NCBI GenBank assembly: GCA_050173015.1
Contig: JBFXLE010000001.1
Location: 279,077-343,076, forward strand
Direction of reading: 5' to 3'
DNA length: 64,000 bases
From: Calditrichaceae bacterium
GTDB taxonomy: Bacteria; Calditrichota; Calditrichia; Calditrichales; JBFXGD01
Shown: positions 20,548-30,609 of the stretch, one piece after another
Position numbering within the stretch: position 1 is the stretch's first letter
Layout: each line of letters opens with the position of its first letter
Notes under the pieces: model-generated
Told to the model about the DNA's origin: nothing
The model's input: only the letters and a program-made list of their open reading frames with translations
Database searches by the model: none
Position numbers and translations under genes: made by a program

Positions 20548-21612
20548 TTGCGAATCGCGTTAATCACCTCCTGGCCTATGGATGAAAGAATCGGCAGCGG
20601 AGTGGTGAGGATGTTTCGGGGGCTGAATGAGGGATTTAAATCCAACGGACATCAAAGTATCATTGTTCACCCTGATTATGATGAATCAGATCCGCTAAAG
20701 CTGGCGAATCGCAGACTTGCATATAACCGGCGGCTGAAAGATAAAAAGTTTTCAGATTTTGATCTGATCATCGCCAGCGATTTTGACGGTTTTACATTGT
20801 CGGGTGAGGTACTGAACAGATTTGTCGTTATCAGCGCCGGATTAATGACCGAGTTAGTGGAATTTGAGGAAGGCAGTCAAAAAAAGATTATCAGGCATCT
20901 GTCCTGTCGGGAAAAACAAAACCTGATGCAGGCGCAAAAAATCATAACACCTTCCAAATACTGCGCCGATGCGGTAAACAGGTTGTACGGCATTTCTAAA
21001 GAAAAAATATATCAGGTTCCGCTTGGTATAAATTTTAATGAATGGGATCATTATCTTAATAATTTCAAAGTAGTGGCGAAGGAAGGCATCAATATTTTAT
21101 GTGTAGCGCGTCAATACCGGCGTAAGGGAATCAATGATCTTCTCCTGGCGTTCTCTATGGTACGGAGAACGGTAACGAATGCTTCTTTGTCGATTGTAGG
21201 CGGCGGCCCGGATGAGGAACGAAACAAACAAATCGTTCAGGAACTCGGGCTTAATGATTCGGTCAAATTTTACGGTGATGTACTCAACAGGGCAGTGATG
21301 GCGTCATTTTATAAAAAAGCTGATATCTTTTGTCTTCCCAGTTATCATGAAACCTTCGGACTAGTTTTTCTGGAAGCAATGGCCGCCGGGTTACCGGTTG
21401 TCGCCTACTCATCAACCGCTATTCCGGAATTAATTGCTTCCGAAGAAGGGATTCTTTGTGAAAAAGGAAATATTAACGCGTTAGCCTATCGTTTGATTGA
21501 TCTTTGTAAAAATGTAACAAAAAGGGAACAATTAGGCGCGGGCGGCATCAAAAAAGCGCAGTTCTATAAATGGGATACCACATCAGCAAAAATTGCCGAA
21601 ATATGCGGGTAA
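20548..21612 (+). CDS. glycosyltransferase family 4 (GT-B), candidate pteridine glycosyltransferase
   Basis: ARQYRRKG, ADIFCLPSYHETFGLVFLEAMAAGLPVV (EX7E); TTG start with GGGAG RBS; substrate inferred from context only. Confidence 0.85.
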   Translation: MRIALITSWPMDERIGSGVVRMFRGLNEGFKSNGHQSIIVHPDYDESDPLKLANRRLAYNRRLKDKKFSDFDLIIASDFDGFTLSGEVLNRFVVISAGLMTELVEFEEGSQKKIIRHLSCREKQNLMQAQKIITPSKYCADAVNRLYGISKEKIYQVPLGINFNEWDHYLNNFKVVAKEGINILCVARQYRRKGINDLLLAFSMVRRTVTNASLSIVGGGPDEERNKQIVQELGLNDSVKFYGDVLNRAVMASFYKKADIFCLPSYHETFGLVFLEAMAAGLPVVAYSSTAIPELIASEEGILCEKGNINALAYRLIDLCKNVTKREQLGAGGIKKAQFYKWDTTSAKIAEICG

Positions 21613-21651
21613 AGATCGGCCCGGATTAAAGGAAGGGGATATATAATCTTA

Positions 21652-22077
21652 ATGGAACAAAATTTAACGATAAGTAAAAAGTTTGAATTTTCAGCCAGTC
21701 ACCGTTATTGGAGAGAAGACTGGTCGGAGGAAGAAAATATCCGTCACTTTGGTCTTTGCACAAGCCCATATGGTCATGGCCACAATTATGAACTTCATGT
21801 GACCATCAGCGGAAAAATTGATCAGAGAACCGGCATGCTCATCAATTTAACGGATTTGAAAAAAACGGTCAAAACAATCATTGAGCAATTTGATCACAAG
21901 TTTTTAAATTTGGATACTCCTTATTTTAAGGATATAATCCCGACGACCGAAAATATTGCCCTGGTGCTTTTTCGCTTAATTGATGAAAAAATTTCTGGAC
22001 GCGATAATATCAGGCTCGAACGGATCAGATTATATGAACGTCACGATCTTTACGCGGATGTCCGGAGGAGCATATAA
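21652..22077 (+). CDS. 6-pyruvoyl-tetrahydropterin synthase family protein (PTPS-II-like), copy 1
   Basis: FSASHRYW, CTSPYGHGHNY (CX5HGH), FDHKFLN, PTTENIA, LYE. Confidence 0.88.
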   Translation: MEQNLTISKKFEFSASHRYWREDWSEEENIRHFGLCTSPYGHGHNYELHVTISGKIDQRTGMLINLTDLKKTVKTIIEQFDHKFLNLDTPYFKDIIPTTENIALVLFRLIDEKISGRDNIRLERIRLYERHDLYADVRRSI

Positions 22078-22496
22078 TGACTCCGGAAGTAAGTTTGAGC
22101 CGTTCATATATATTTAGCGCCGCGCATCGTCTTCACTCATCTGTTTTATCAGAATCTGAAAATATTGATGTTTATGATAAATGTAATAACTTTAACGGTC
22201 ACGGACATGATTATACATTAGAAGTGACTGTCGCGGGTAAACCGAATCCCAATACGGGTATGATAATTCCTTTACCATTATTGGATGATTCCGTAAATTC
22301 GCTGTTAAAACAAATGGATCACCGGCATCTTGATATGGAGGTCGGATATTTTAATACTCATATATCCACCGGGGAAATTATTATTCAGTATTTATGGAAA
22401 GAACTGGAGAGAAGAATCCCTGACGGAAAGCTGTATCACTTAAAGCTGTGGGAAACCAATAATAATTATTTCGAAATCGGAAAGGAGAATATATAA
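22077..22496 (+). CDS. 6-pyruvoyl-tetrahydropterin synthase family protein (PTPS-II-like), copy 2
   Basis: [25 protein letters not shown] (CX5HGH, animal-PTPS-like), DHRHLD, WETNNN. Confidence 0.88.
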   Translation: MTPEVSLSRSYIFSAAHRLHSSVLSESENIDVYDKCNNFNGHGHDYTLEVTVAGKPNPNTGMIIPLPLLDDSVNSLLKQMDHRHLDMEVGYFNTHISTGEIIIQYLWKELERRIPDGKLYHLKLWETNNNYFEIGKENI

Positions 22497-23065
22497 TGGA
22501 AGGAATGGAAGGGGCGGTAAAAACAATTCTGCAGGATATCGGAGAAGATCCGTCCCGTCAAGGATTGGACAGAACACCGTTCCGCGTGGCAAAAATGTAC
22601 CGTGAAGTGACAAAAGGGTACAAGATGGATCCTGAAAAACTGATTAACGGCGCTATCTATGATGTTAAATACGATGAGATGGTTGTAGTGGCGAATATTG
22701 AATATTATAGTTTGTGTGAGCATCATCTCCTTCCTTTTTTCGGTGTGGCCCATGTGGGCTACATTCCTAATGGTAAGGTTGTGGGACTGAGTAAAATTCC
22801 ACGGCTTGTTGAGATGTTTGCAAGGCGGCTGCAAGTCCAGGAAAATATGACCCAGCAAATAGCGGATACGATCAATCATTATCTTAATCCGCAAGGAGTT
22901 GGGGTGGTCGTGGAAGGTCAGCACATGTGCATGATGATGCGCGGTGTGCAGAAAGATCAGGCCAAAATGATCACATCGGCAATGATTGGCGATTTTAAAG
23001 ATGATGAAAAGACCAGATCGGAATTCTTACATTTAATCAGGAGTGAACGTGTTACCGGTTTCTAA
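22496..23065 (+). CDS. folE: GTP cyclohydrolase I
   Basis: [48 protein letters not shown]. Confidence 0.97.
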   Translation: MEGMEGAVKTILQDIGEDPSRQGLDRTPFRVAKMYREVTKGYKMDPEKLINGAIYDVKYDEMVVVANIEYYSLCEHHLLPFFGVAHVGYIPNGKVVGLSKIPRLVEMFARRLQVQENMTQQIADTINHYLNPQGVGVVVEGQHMCMMMRGVQKDQAKMITSAMIGDFKDDEKTRSEFLHLIRSERVTGF

Positions 23066-23759
23066 ATTAGCGATTGTAACCGGCGCCAGCCGGGGTATTG
23101 GCGCGACCATCTCAAGAGTTCTTGCCGAGCATGGCATGGGTGTGTTAATGCTGGCACGATCCGAGCAGGGATTGAGCGATGTTTCAAACTATATCCAGGC
23201 CGAAGGCGGATACCCGTTCGTGCTGCCGGTTGATCTGAGTCTGGCCTCTGATGTTGAAAAAGTGGTACGATTTGTGGATCAATTTGAAGGAGATTTGACA
23301 ACTGTGGTACATAATGCCGGCATCGCCCGGGTAGGCAAAATTGAGAACCTGTCCCTTGCTGACTGGCGGCGGGTGCTTGATATGAATCTGACCGCGCCGT
23401 TTATGCTGACTCAAAAGCTTATCCCAAAAATGAAATCGGGGGGGCAATTTATTTTTGTGAATTCTGTCGCCGGAAAAACAGCTTTTCCTGAATGGGCGGC
23501 CTACAGCGCGTCAAAATTCGGTCTGAGAGCTTTTGCCGACACTTTGCGTCAGGAAGTGAGATCAAAAGGCATCCGTGTAACCACCATTTTCCCATCCGCG
23601 GTCGATACAAAACTCCATGAAGATCTTCCCTATGACTGGGACAGGTCGAAGATGCTGAAATCGGTGGATGTGGCGAATGCGGTTGTATATTGCATTAAAC
23701 AGCCGGCTTCAATGAATATCAATGAAATTGATATGGAAAATATGGCGGGAATATTCTGA
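23043..23759 (+). CDS. SDR oxidoreductase, candidate sepiapterin reductase
   Basis: [29 protein letters not shown]; overlaps the folE 3' end; specificity inferred from context and recalled similarity to bacterial sepiapterin reductases. Confidence 0.8.
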   Translation: MNVLPVSKLAIVTGASRGIGATISRVLAEHGMGVLMLARSEQGLSDVSNYIQAEGGYPFVLPVDLSLASDVEKVVRFVDQFEGDLTTVVHNAGIARVGKIENLSLADWRRVLDMNLTAPFMLTQKLIPKMKSGGQFIFVNSVAGKTAFPEWAAYSASKFGLRAFADTLRQEVRSKGIRVTTIFPSAVDTKLHEDLPYDWDRSKMLKSVDVANAVVYCIKQPASMNINEIDMENMAGIF

Positions 23760-23768
23760 GATTCTGAT

Positions 23769-23807
23769 AAAAAAAAGCCCGGCGCGATTATGCGGCCGGG
23801 CTTTTTT
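23769..23807. terminator. bidirectional intrinsic terminator
   Basis: A8-GCCCGGC...GCCGGGC-T6 between convergent SDR and trpB2. Confidence 0.85.
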
Positions 23808-23809
23808 AT

Positions 23810-25174
23810 TTATGGTACCTTCGGAAGGTCCTTAATGGCATTCAGAGCCCGTTCAATCTCCTCTTCCGGGAGGACATGATCGATCAACTGTTTATCAAAA
23901 TACCGGTCGTATGATGCCATATCAAAGTGCCCGTGTCCGCTGAGATTAAACAGAATGGTTTTCTCTTTTCCCTCTTCACGCGCTTTTATCGCTTCGTCAA
24001 TGGCCGCTTTGACCGCGTGAGATGATTCGGGCGCGGGAATAATACCTTCCGTGCGTGAAAATGTAATCGCCGCGTCAAATACTTCCAGCTGTTGATATGC
24101 GCGGGCGCGTATGATGCCCTCATGATGAAGCTGACTCACTAACGGTGCCATCCCGTGATAGCGTAATCCACCCGCATGAATAGCCGGAGGAACAAAATCG
24201 TGTCCCAATGTATGCATCGCCACCAGTGGCGTTAATTGGGCGGTGTCTCCAAAATCGTACGCGTAAGGTCCGCGGGTAAGGGTCGGGCAGGAAGAGGGCT
24301 CAACGGCGATGATATCAATATTTTTACCGTTTATTTTATCACGGACAAAAGGAAACGACAGACCGGCAAAATTACTTCCGCCTCCCACACAACCAATGAC
24401 GACATCGGGATAATCATTAACCATCGCCATTTGTTTTAAGGCTTCTTCACCAATAATGGTTTGATGCATCAAGACATGATTCAAAACGCTTCCGAGTGAA
24501 TAGTTGGTATCCTCACGGGTGGCTGCTTCCTCAACCGCTTCGCTGATAGCGATTCCAAGACTTCCCGGTGAATCGGGATTCTTTTCAAGGATCTGTCTGC
24601 CGGAATTGGTTTCAGTACTGGGACTGGGAACGACCGTCGCCCCCCATACATGCATCATGGATCTTCTAAACGGTTTTTGCTCGTAACTTACTTTTACCAT
24701 AAACACTTTGCATTCAAGACCGAAATAATTACAGGCGAGAGCAAGCGCGCTGCCCCATTGGCCGGCTCCTGTTTCGGTGGACAAGCGTTTGATGCCCGCT
24801 TGTTTATTGTAATAAGCCTGAGCGATGGCCGTATTTGGTTTGTGACTTCCGGCAGGACTGACACCTTCGTATTTATAATAAATGCGGGCAGGTGTTTTAA
24901 GTGTTTTTTCCAGGCTTTTTGCTCTTATTAACGGTGACGGTCTCCATTGAAGATAAATATTTAAGATTTCTTCCGGTATCGGGATAAACTGATTTGTGGA
25001 AACTTCCTGTTCGATCAATGACATCGGAAATAGAGGCGCTAAATCCTGCGGGCCGATCGGTTGTCTGGTACCCGGATGTAAAGGTGGTTTAGGCGGTGAC
25101 GGCAAATCCGCGCAGATATTGTACCATTCCCGTGGTATATCATCTTCTTTTAGTATTATTTTGATTTTTCCCAT
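23810..25174 (-). CDS. trpB2: TrpB-like PLP enzyme (tryptophan synthase beta, type 2)
   Basis: [54 protein letters not shown]. Confidence 0.95.
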   Translation of the reverse strand: MGKIKIILKEDDIPREWYNICADLPSPPKPPLHPGTRQPIGPQDLAPLFPMSLIEQEVSTNQFIPIPEEILNIYLQWRPSPLIRAKSLEKTLKTPARIYYKYEGVSPAGSHKPNTAIAQAYYNKQAGIKRLSTETGAGQWGSALALACNYFGLECKVFMVKVSYEQKPFRRSMMHVWGATVVPSPSTETNSGRQILEKNPDSPGSLGIAISEAVEEAATREDTNYSLGSVLNHVLMHQTIIGEEALKQMAMVNDYPDVVIGCVGGGSNFAGLSFPFVRDKINGKNIDIIAVEPSSCPTLTRGPYAYDFGDTAQLTPLVAMHTLGHDFVPPAIHAGGLRYHGMAPLVSQLHHEGIIRARAYQQLEVFDAAITFSRTEGIIPAPESSHAVKAAIDEAIKAREEGKEKTILFNLSGHGHFDMASYDRYFDKQLIDHVLPEEEIERALNAIKDLPKVP

Positions 25175-25483
25175 AAACTATTCCCCCCTTTATTTGTTAT
25201 GATTATTTTCATCCATTGAGTTCGAATATTATAATAGTTGAGCTAATTCAGGATAACGCTGTCTGGTATTAAAAAATTCGGGACAGAGTGATGGCCCATA
25301 TCAGAAATGCTTTACTATAAAACCGCAAGCAATATCGTGAAAGCGCTGCCTTATTAATAATATTCAATTATACCAAGAGGAAATGATGTTTTATCGCACA
25401 AATTTAATAAAAAAATGGAGTGATTTTATCATAGGATTAAAGGACGCGGTTAGCTCCGGAAACCGGTATTGATCCGCTGCAGA

Positions 25484-26398
25484 TTATCTTTCATTTTGTC
25501 TTAACCATTCCAATACCGCGAGAAAATGATCATCAACCGCGTCTTTGTGGGTTAACATGCTGATATGGTCGTAATCATGCCGGTTTCCGTTGGATTTTGA
25601 AAGTATGAGTTCTTTAGAGACGTGTTTTCCCGATTCATTTATAAAATCCCGGACATCTTTGGGATGCCCCAGACACCGGTCATTAAGACCGGAAAGATAT
25701 AAGGTCGGCGGTAAGGAAAAATTTGAAAGCGTCTCTCCGTAGTCAAAATGGTCATCCGTATCACGCCATGACGATCGTTTTACCCACAATTTGCTTTGAC
25801 GGTGCGATTTGGCTGACTCATTATCCGATCCGATTCCATACTTTTTCGCCGGAAGATAACCATAGAATTTTACGAGCAAGCCGCAAAAGCCCTTCCAGAT
25901 TAAATCTATTTTAAAAAGTCGATGTAAGTTCCACACCCGCACATTACGCTTTACCCCAAAATATGCCATTGAACGGACTAACCGGCGGTGACGATTAAAC
26001 CTGGCCAGATATGAAGAGAGCAATACCCCTCCCCAGGAGTGAGCTATCCAGTGCTGGGATACTTCACCGCGAATCCGCACAATCTGGTTGATAAAGGCGG
26101 GGATGTCTTCAGTGATGTTCTCGGTTTGCCCATAAGTCGATTTTTGACTGACCCGCGGTTTGCTTAAACCATGGCCGCGAAGATCCGCGATATATACGTC
26201 ATATCCTTCATTTGCCAGAAAAGAAGCCAGTCCCCTGCCGGAATCACTGTAAAAAATTCGTCCGTTTTCAATGGCGCCGTGGAGCATAAAAACCGGTATG
26301 CCATCAGGATTTTTATAAATTCTTTTTAAATGAAGCGTGTCGGTTTGAGTAACGCGTATAAAGTAGGATTCCTGACTCAGTGGATTTTGACTCATCAT
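25484..26398 (-). CDS. alpha/beta fold hydrolase
   Basis: LHGAIENG, ADLRGHGLS, AHSWGG nucleophile elbow, catalytic D (NDRCL) and H (YDHISM). Confidence 0.85.
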   Translation of the reverse strand: MMSQNPLSQESYFIRVTQTDTLHLKRIYKNPDGIPVFMLHGAIENGRIFYSDSGRGLASFLANEGYDVYIADLRGHGLSKPRVSQKSTYGQTENITEDIPAFINQIVRIRGEVSQHWIAHSWGGVLLSSYLARFNRHRRLVRSMAYFGVKRNVRVWNLHRLFKIDLIWKGFCGLLVKFYGYLPAKKYGIGSDNESAKSHRQSKLWVKRSSWRDTDDHFDYGETLSNFSLPPTLYLSGLNDRCLGHPKDVRDFINESGKHVSKELILSKSNGNRHDYDHISMLTHKDAVDDHFLAVLEWLRQNER

Positions 26399-26441
26399 AA
26401 AGGGATCTGCATTTTAACTGGGTATTCATTGAAAGAAATGG

Positions 26442-26475
26442 AAAACCCCTCTCATCCGGAAACGGGAGGGGTTTT
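26442..26475 (-). terminator. probable intrinsic terminator after pepF copy 1
   Basis: AAAACCCCTC...GAGGGGTTTT inverted repeat. Confidence 0.7.
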
Positions 26476-26491
26476 GAATATAATAAAATAA

Positions 26492-28372
26492 TTATTGTTT
26501 ATCGAGAATATTCTCGATTTCATCCATAATCCGGTTCATTTTCTGCATGGCAAGGTCGAACGGTTCGGAAGTAGTCATATCAATTCCGACTTTTTTCAAA
26601 ATTGGAATCGCGTAGTCGGAAGAACCCGCGCTAAGAAATTCAAGATAACGGTCTCTCATTTCGGGACCGCCGGTCAACATTTTCTCCGCGAGCGCGCTTG
26701 AGGCGCAGAATGATGTGGCGTATTGAAAAACGTAAAAATTATAATAAAAATGGGGGATATACGCCCATTCAATTCCATAAAGATCGTCAATGACGGTAAC
26801 ACCCTGATCATGACCGTAATACTGTTTTAAAAGATCAAGATAGACTTTGCTCAGGGCTTCGCCGGTCAATGTTTCGCCTTTTTCAGCCATATCATGAATT
26901 TTTAGTTCAAACTCCGCGAACATGGTTTGGCGGAACAGTGTGGTTCTAAAACCTTCCAGATAGCTTCCGAGAAGAGATAGTCTTTTTTCAGGATCCTTAA
27001 TCTGCTGCAATTCATAATCGATCAGCAAAGCTTCATTGGAGGTTGACGCGACTTCCGCCAGAAAGGTCGGATATTGAGAATCGACATACGGCTGTTTTTT
27101 GTTTGAATAATAACTATGCATGGTGTGGCCAAGTTCGTGCGCCAGGGTGCTTACGTCATCATATTTCCCGTTATAGTTCATCAGGATGTATGGGTGGACA
27201 TCGTAAGACACGCCTTCGGAATACGCGCCCGATCGTTTTCCGGTGGTCGGATACATATCAATCCAGCGGTTATTGAAAGCGATATCAAGTGTGGCGAGAT
27301 AGGGGCTTCCAAGGGGCTTGAGGGCTTCCATGATCGCCTTTTGGGCTTCTTCAACGGTAAATTTCATATCCACTTCTTTAACCAGTGAAGGATACATATC
27401 ATAATATCTCAGCTCATCCACACCGAGCATACGTTTTCTCAACTTCAGATAACGGTGCAGGGTGGGAAGGTGTTTATGAGTACTCTCAATAAGACCGGTA
27501 TAGACAGTAACCGGGATGTTATCGGAATCCAGCGCGCTTTCCAGGGATGAAGTGTAATTGCGCGCGTTTTTGTAGAACATATCTTTTTTGATCTGCGAAT
27601 AAAGTTGGGTACCAAAGGTGCGGTTATATTTATTAAGAGAACCAAAAAATGTTTCAAAAACTTTTTTCCGGTCTTCACGAACATTGCTGGCCCGGTTGAG
27701 TGAATATCCCGCCGCGTCAAGATATACTTCTTCTCCGTTCGCTAAATTGATAGTCGGATACGGGAAATCCGCGTTGCTGAAAATGCTGTAAATATCATCC
27801 GGAGATCCGGCCATAATTCCGGCATCGGCGATGAGTTTTTCTTCGCCGGGACTCAAAGTATGCGGTTTAAGACGCTGGATATCGCTGATGTACTGCCTGA
27901 AAGTTTTTAGCTTTGGTTCGGATTTGAAAAAACCGTCAAGTTTTTTTTGTTCAATAGATAGGATTTCGGGCCGGATAAAAGAACTGGCTGTTTGAAAGTC
28001 CGTGCCCAGCTGGCTGATTTCCTGCTTCATGGCGAGCGCTCCGGATTCTCTGGTATCCTGATCGGAGAGCATCATCGCATAGGCGTAAAGACGCGCGAAC
28101 TCTTTGTCAACGCTAAAATAATAATCCAAACCCTTGTACAGGTCGCTCGCTGAAGTTCCAAGTTTCCCCTTGAGTTCAGAGAATTTATTCAGCGATGAGG
28201 CCAGGGCGTTTTTCTGAGCCGTCCAATCCTCATTTGATTTATAGAGATCCTGCAGATTCCATTTCATGTTTTCAGGAATCTGGTCTCTCGTAAGGTCTTT
28301 TTCTACGGCCTGCAAATCCGCGGCAGCCAGAAAAAACGTGATCATAAGAAACACTCCAATCAATTTATTCAT
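26492..28372 (-). CDS. pepF: oligoendopeptidase F (M3B) with signal peptide
   Basis: KWNLQDLY, GKRSGAYS, HPYILMNY, HELGH, AEVAST, IPHFYYNFY. Confidence 0.93.
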   Translation of the reverse strand: MNKLIGVFLMITFFLAAADLQAVEKDLTRDQIPENMKWNLQDLYKSNEDWTAQKNALASSLNKFSELKGKLGTSASDLYKGLDYYFSVDKEFARLYAYAMMLSDQDTRESGALAMKQEISQLGTDFQTASSFIRPEILSIEQKKLDGFFKSEPKLKTFRQYISDIQRLKPHTLSPGEEKLIADAGIMAGSPDDIYSIFSNADFPYPTINLANGEEVYLDAAGYSLNRASNVREDRKKVFETFFGSLNKYNRTFGTQLYSQIKKDMFYKNARNYTSSLESALDSDNIPVTVYTGLIESTHKHLPTLHRYLKLRKRMLGVDELRYYDMYPSLVKEVDMKFTVEEAQKAIMEALKPLGSPYLATLDIAFNNRWIDMYPTTGKRSGAYSEGVSYDVHPYILMNYNGKYDDVSTLAHELGHTMHSYYSNKKQPYVDSQYPTFLAEVASTSNEALLIDYELQQIKDPEKRLSLLGSYLEGFRTTLFRQTMFAEFELKIHDMAEKGETLTGEALSKVYLDLLKQYYGHDQGVTVIDDLYGIEWAYIPHFYYNFYVFQYATSFCASSALAEKMLTGGPEMRDRYLEFLSAGSSDYAIPILKKVGIDMTTSEPFDLAMQKMNRIMDEIENILDKQ

Positions 28373-28432
28373 AAAACTCTCCCACTTTAATAAAGTAATA
28401 TACCGTTTGCAAAGAACAACCAGAATATTAAT

Positions 28433-28467
28433 AAAAAATGGCTGAAGATAAAGTTATCTCCAGCCAT
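28433..28467 (-). terminator. intrinsic terminator after pepF copy 2
   Basis: minus strand ATGGCTGGAGATAA...TTATCTTCAGCCAT followed by TTTTT. Confidence 0.75.
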
Positions 28468-28481
28468 AAATTCAGCTCGAA

Positions 28482-30383
28482 TTATTCATTCAAAAGCGAT
28501 TCAACCTGATCCAGCAACGCATCCATCAATTTTATGGTTCTTACCACCGGATCGGCGGTGCTCATATCCACACCGGCTTTTTTAAGTGTTTCCATCGGGT
28601 ACTCACTGCGGCCGCTGCTAAGAAAATTAATAAACCGGTCGCGCGCGGTATCGCCTTCTTCCATAATTTTGGACACAAGCGCTGAGGAGGCTACGAAACT
28701 GGTGCTGTACTGAAATACATAGTAGTTATAATAGAAATGCGGAATTCTGCTCCACAAGGCCTTATTCTCCTGATCCATGACAAAATCGGGACCATAATAT
28801 TTCTGATAAATTTCACCAAATAAATCATCCAGCTTATCCGCCGTCAGGGCCTCTCCGTTTTCAACCATTTCATGGCTGCGCAATTCAAATTCCGCGAATA
28901 CGGCCTGGCGGAAAAATGTTCTGCTGAATTTATCGAGATATGAATTTAACAAAGCTAATTTTTCTTCCTTCGTCGGAGCGTTATCGATCAGGTATTGCTG
29001 CAAAAGCGCTTCATTTGCCGTAGAAGCCACTTCCGCGAGAAAGATCGGATAGTCACCGTAAACATAAGGCTGATTATTGATGGTGTAATAGGTATGAAGC
29101 GCGTGTCCCATTTCGTGCGCCAGTGTAAACACATCGTAAAGTGTGCCATTATAGTTCATCAACACATAGGGATGGACGCCATAGGTACCGGATGAATATG
29201 CCCCAGAACGTTTTCCCTTGTTCTCATAAACATCGACCCAGCCTTCATTAAATCCTTTTTCCAGGCTGGCGATATAATTACTTCCCATCGGCTGCAATCC
29301 GTCAATAACCAGTTTAATCGCCTGATCCCATGTATATTCGCTGGTGGCGCTTTCAAATAGCGGGGCTCTAAGATCATAATCATGCACACCGTCTTCCAGT
29401 TTTAATATTTTTTTACGAAGCGCGACATAACGATGCAGCGGCTCGAGATTTTCATTAAGAGTCTTGATCAGTGTATGATAAACTTCAACCGGGACGGCGT
29501 TTCGGTCAAGCGCGGCTTCGACGGTTGATTTGTAATTGCGTGCGCGGGCGTTAAAAATATGACTTTTTACCGTGGATGAATAACTGGCGGCAAGCATATT
29601 GCGATGCTGAATATAAGGAACATATAGGCCTTTGTATGAATCCTCGCGGAGACGGCGGTCGGATGTCTGCTGATATTTTCCGTATAATCCGTTGGTCAGC
29701 TGAATATCGTTGTTGTTTTCATCTTTAATCACGGGAAATACGATATCCGCGTTATTCCAGACTGAGAAAATTTCCCCGGCGGCGCCTCTGACTTCACCGG
29801 AAAGCGCCATCAACCGTTCTTCCTTTTCAGACAAAGTATGAGCTCTGGTCCGGGTCATATCTTCGATATAATGTTTGTAGAGGGTAAGCCCTTTTTCATT
29901 CTTGAAGAATTCATTTAATTTTTTTTCAGGAATTGCCAGCAGCTCCGGTTCAAAAAAGGAAACGGTTTCGCTGTATTCAACATAAAGACCTCTGATTCTG
30001 TCATAAAGTTCCTGATATTTGGCAACCGATTTATCCTGGTCGTTTTTCATGTGGGCATAGGCGTAAAGTTTTCCGATGGAAACTTCCAGTGTGTGCATTT
30101 TGCTGATAAATTCAACCAACGTCTTTCCGGAAACGCCAAGCTTTCCTTTGTACGCCCCTAATTCCGGAGCGGCTTCTTTTACACGGATGAACTCATTTTC
30201 CCAATCCTGGTCGCTTGAAAATATATCTTCTAATTTCCATTTAAATTCATCAGAGATTTCGGATCTGGTTTTTTGTTTGGTCTCCATTGGCTCCTTTCCG
30301 ATGGTTTGTTGGTGTAGAATGAATATTGTAAAAAGTAAGAATAAAATGATTTTGAAACGATAATGAGCGTCTTTCAGTTTCAT
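28482..30383 (-). CDS. pepF: oligoendopeptidase F (M3B), second paralog
   Basis: KWKLEDIF, GKRSGAYS, HEMGH, AEVAST, IPHFYYNYY; AGGAGG RBS. Confidence 0.93.
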   Translation of the reverse strand: MKLKDAHYRFKIILFLLFTIFILHQQTIGKEPMETKQKTRSEISDEFKWKLEDIFSSDQDWENEFIRVKEAAPELGAYKGKLGVSGKTLVEFISKMHTLEVSIGKLYAYAHMKNDQDKSVAKYQELYDRIRGLYVEYSETVSFFEPELLAIPEKKLNEFFKNEKGLTLYKHYIEDMTRTRAHTLSEKEERLMALSGEVRGAAGEIFSVWNNADIVFPVIKDENNNDIQLTNGLYGKYQQTSDRRLREDSYKGLYVPYIQHRNMLAASYSSTVKSHIFNARARNYKSTVEAALDRNAVPVEVYHTLIKTLNENLEPLHRYVALRKKILKLEDGVHDYDLRAPLFESATSEYTWDQAIKLVIDGLQPMGSNYIASLEKGFNEGWVDVYENKGKRSGAYSSGTYGVHPYVLMNYNGTLYDVFTLAHEMGHALHTYYTINNQPYVYGDYPIFLAEVASTANEALLQQYLIDNAPTKEEKLALLNSYLDKFSRTFFRQAVFAEFELRSHEMVENGEALTADKLDDLFGEIYQKYYGPDFVMDQENKALWSRIPHFYYNYYVFQYSTSFVASSALVSKIMEEGDTARDRFINFLSSGRSEYPMETLKKAGVDMSTADPVVRTIKLMDALLDQVESLLNE

Positions 30384-30609
30384 TGTGCCTCCTAAGGATT
30401 TAATTTCAATGGAAGATAAAGAAGATACGAAAGAGCGTACGAAAAAAATAGAAAATTGTTATTTTTTATCTCGCTTTTTGTATCATTCTTATTATAAAAA
30501 AGATAGTGCAAATAATTTATATTCCAATATAATTTTTAGTCAGGCAGTGATTTGTAAATAATTCCCAATAAGGATATATTACCGCCATACATAAATCAGT
30601 GAATTCAAC

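Noticed and set aside
21652-22496. queD (queuosine pathway) call, suggested by queG in the window
   Set aside because: Motif is CX5HGH rather than CX3HGH, no queC/queE/queF are adjacent, and the context is folE plus SDR
25175-25483. Possible Trp attenuator or leader peptide upstream of trpB2
   Set aside because: The short minus-strand ORF I translated has no Trp codons, and no terminator/antiterminator pair is evident
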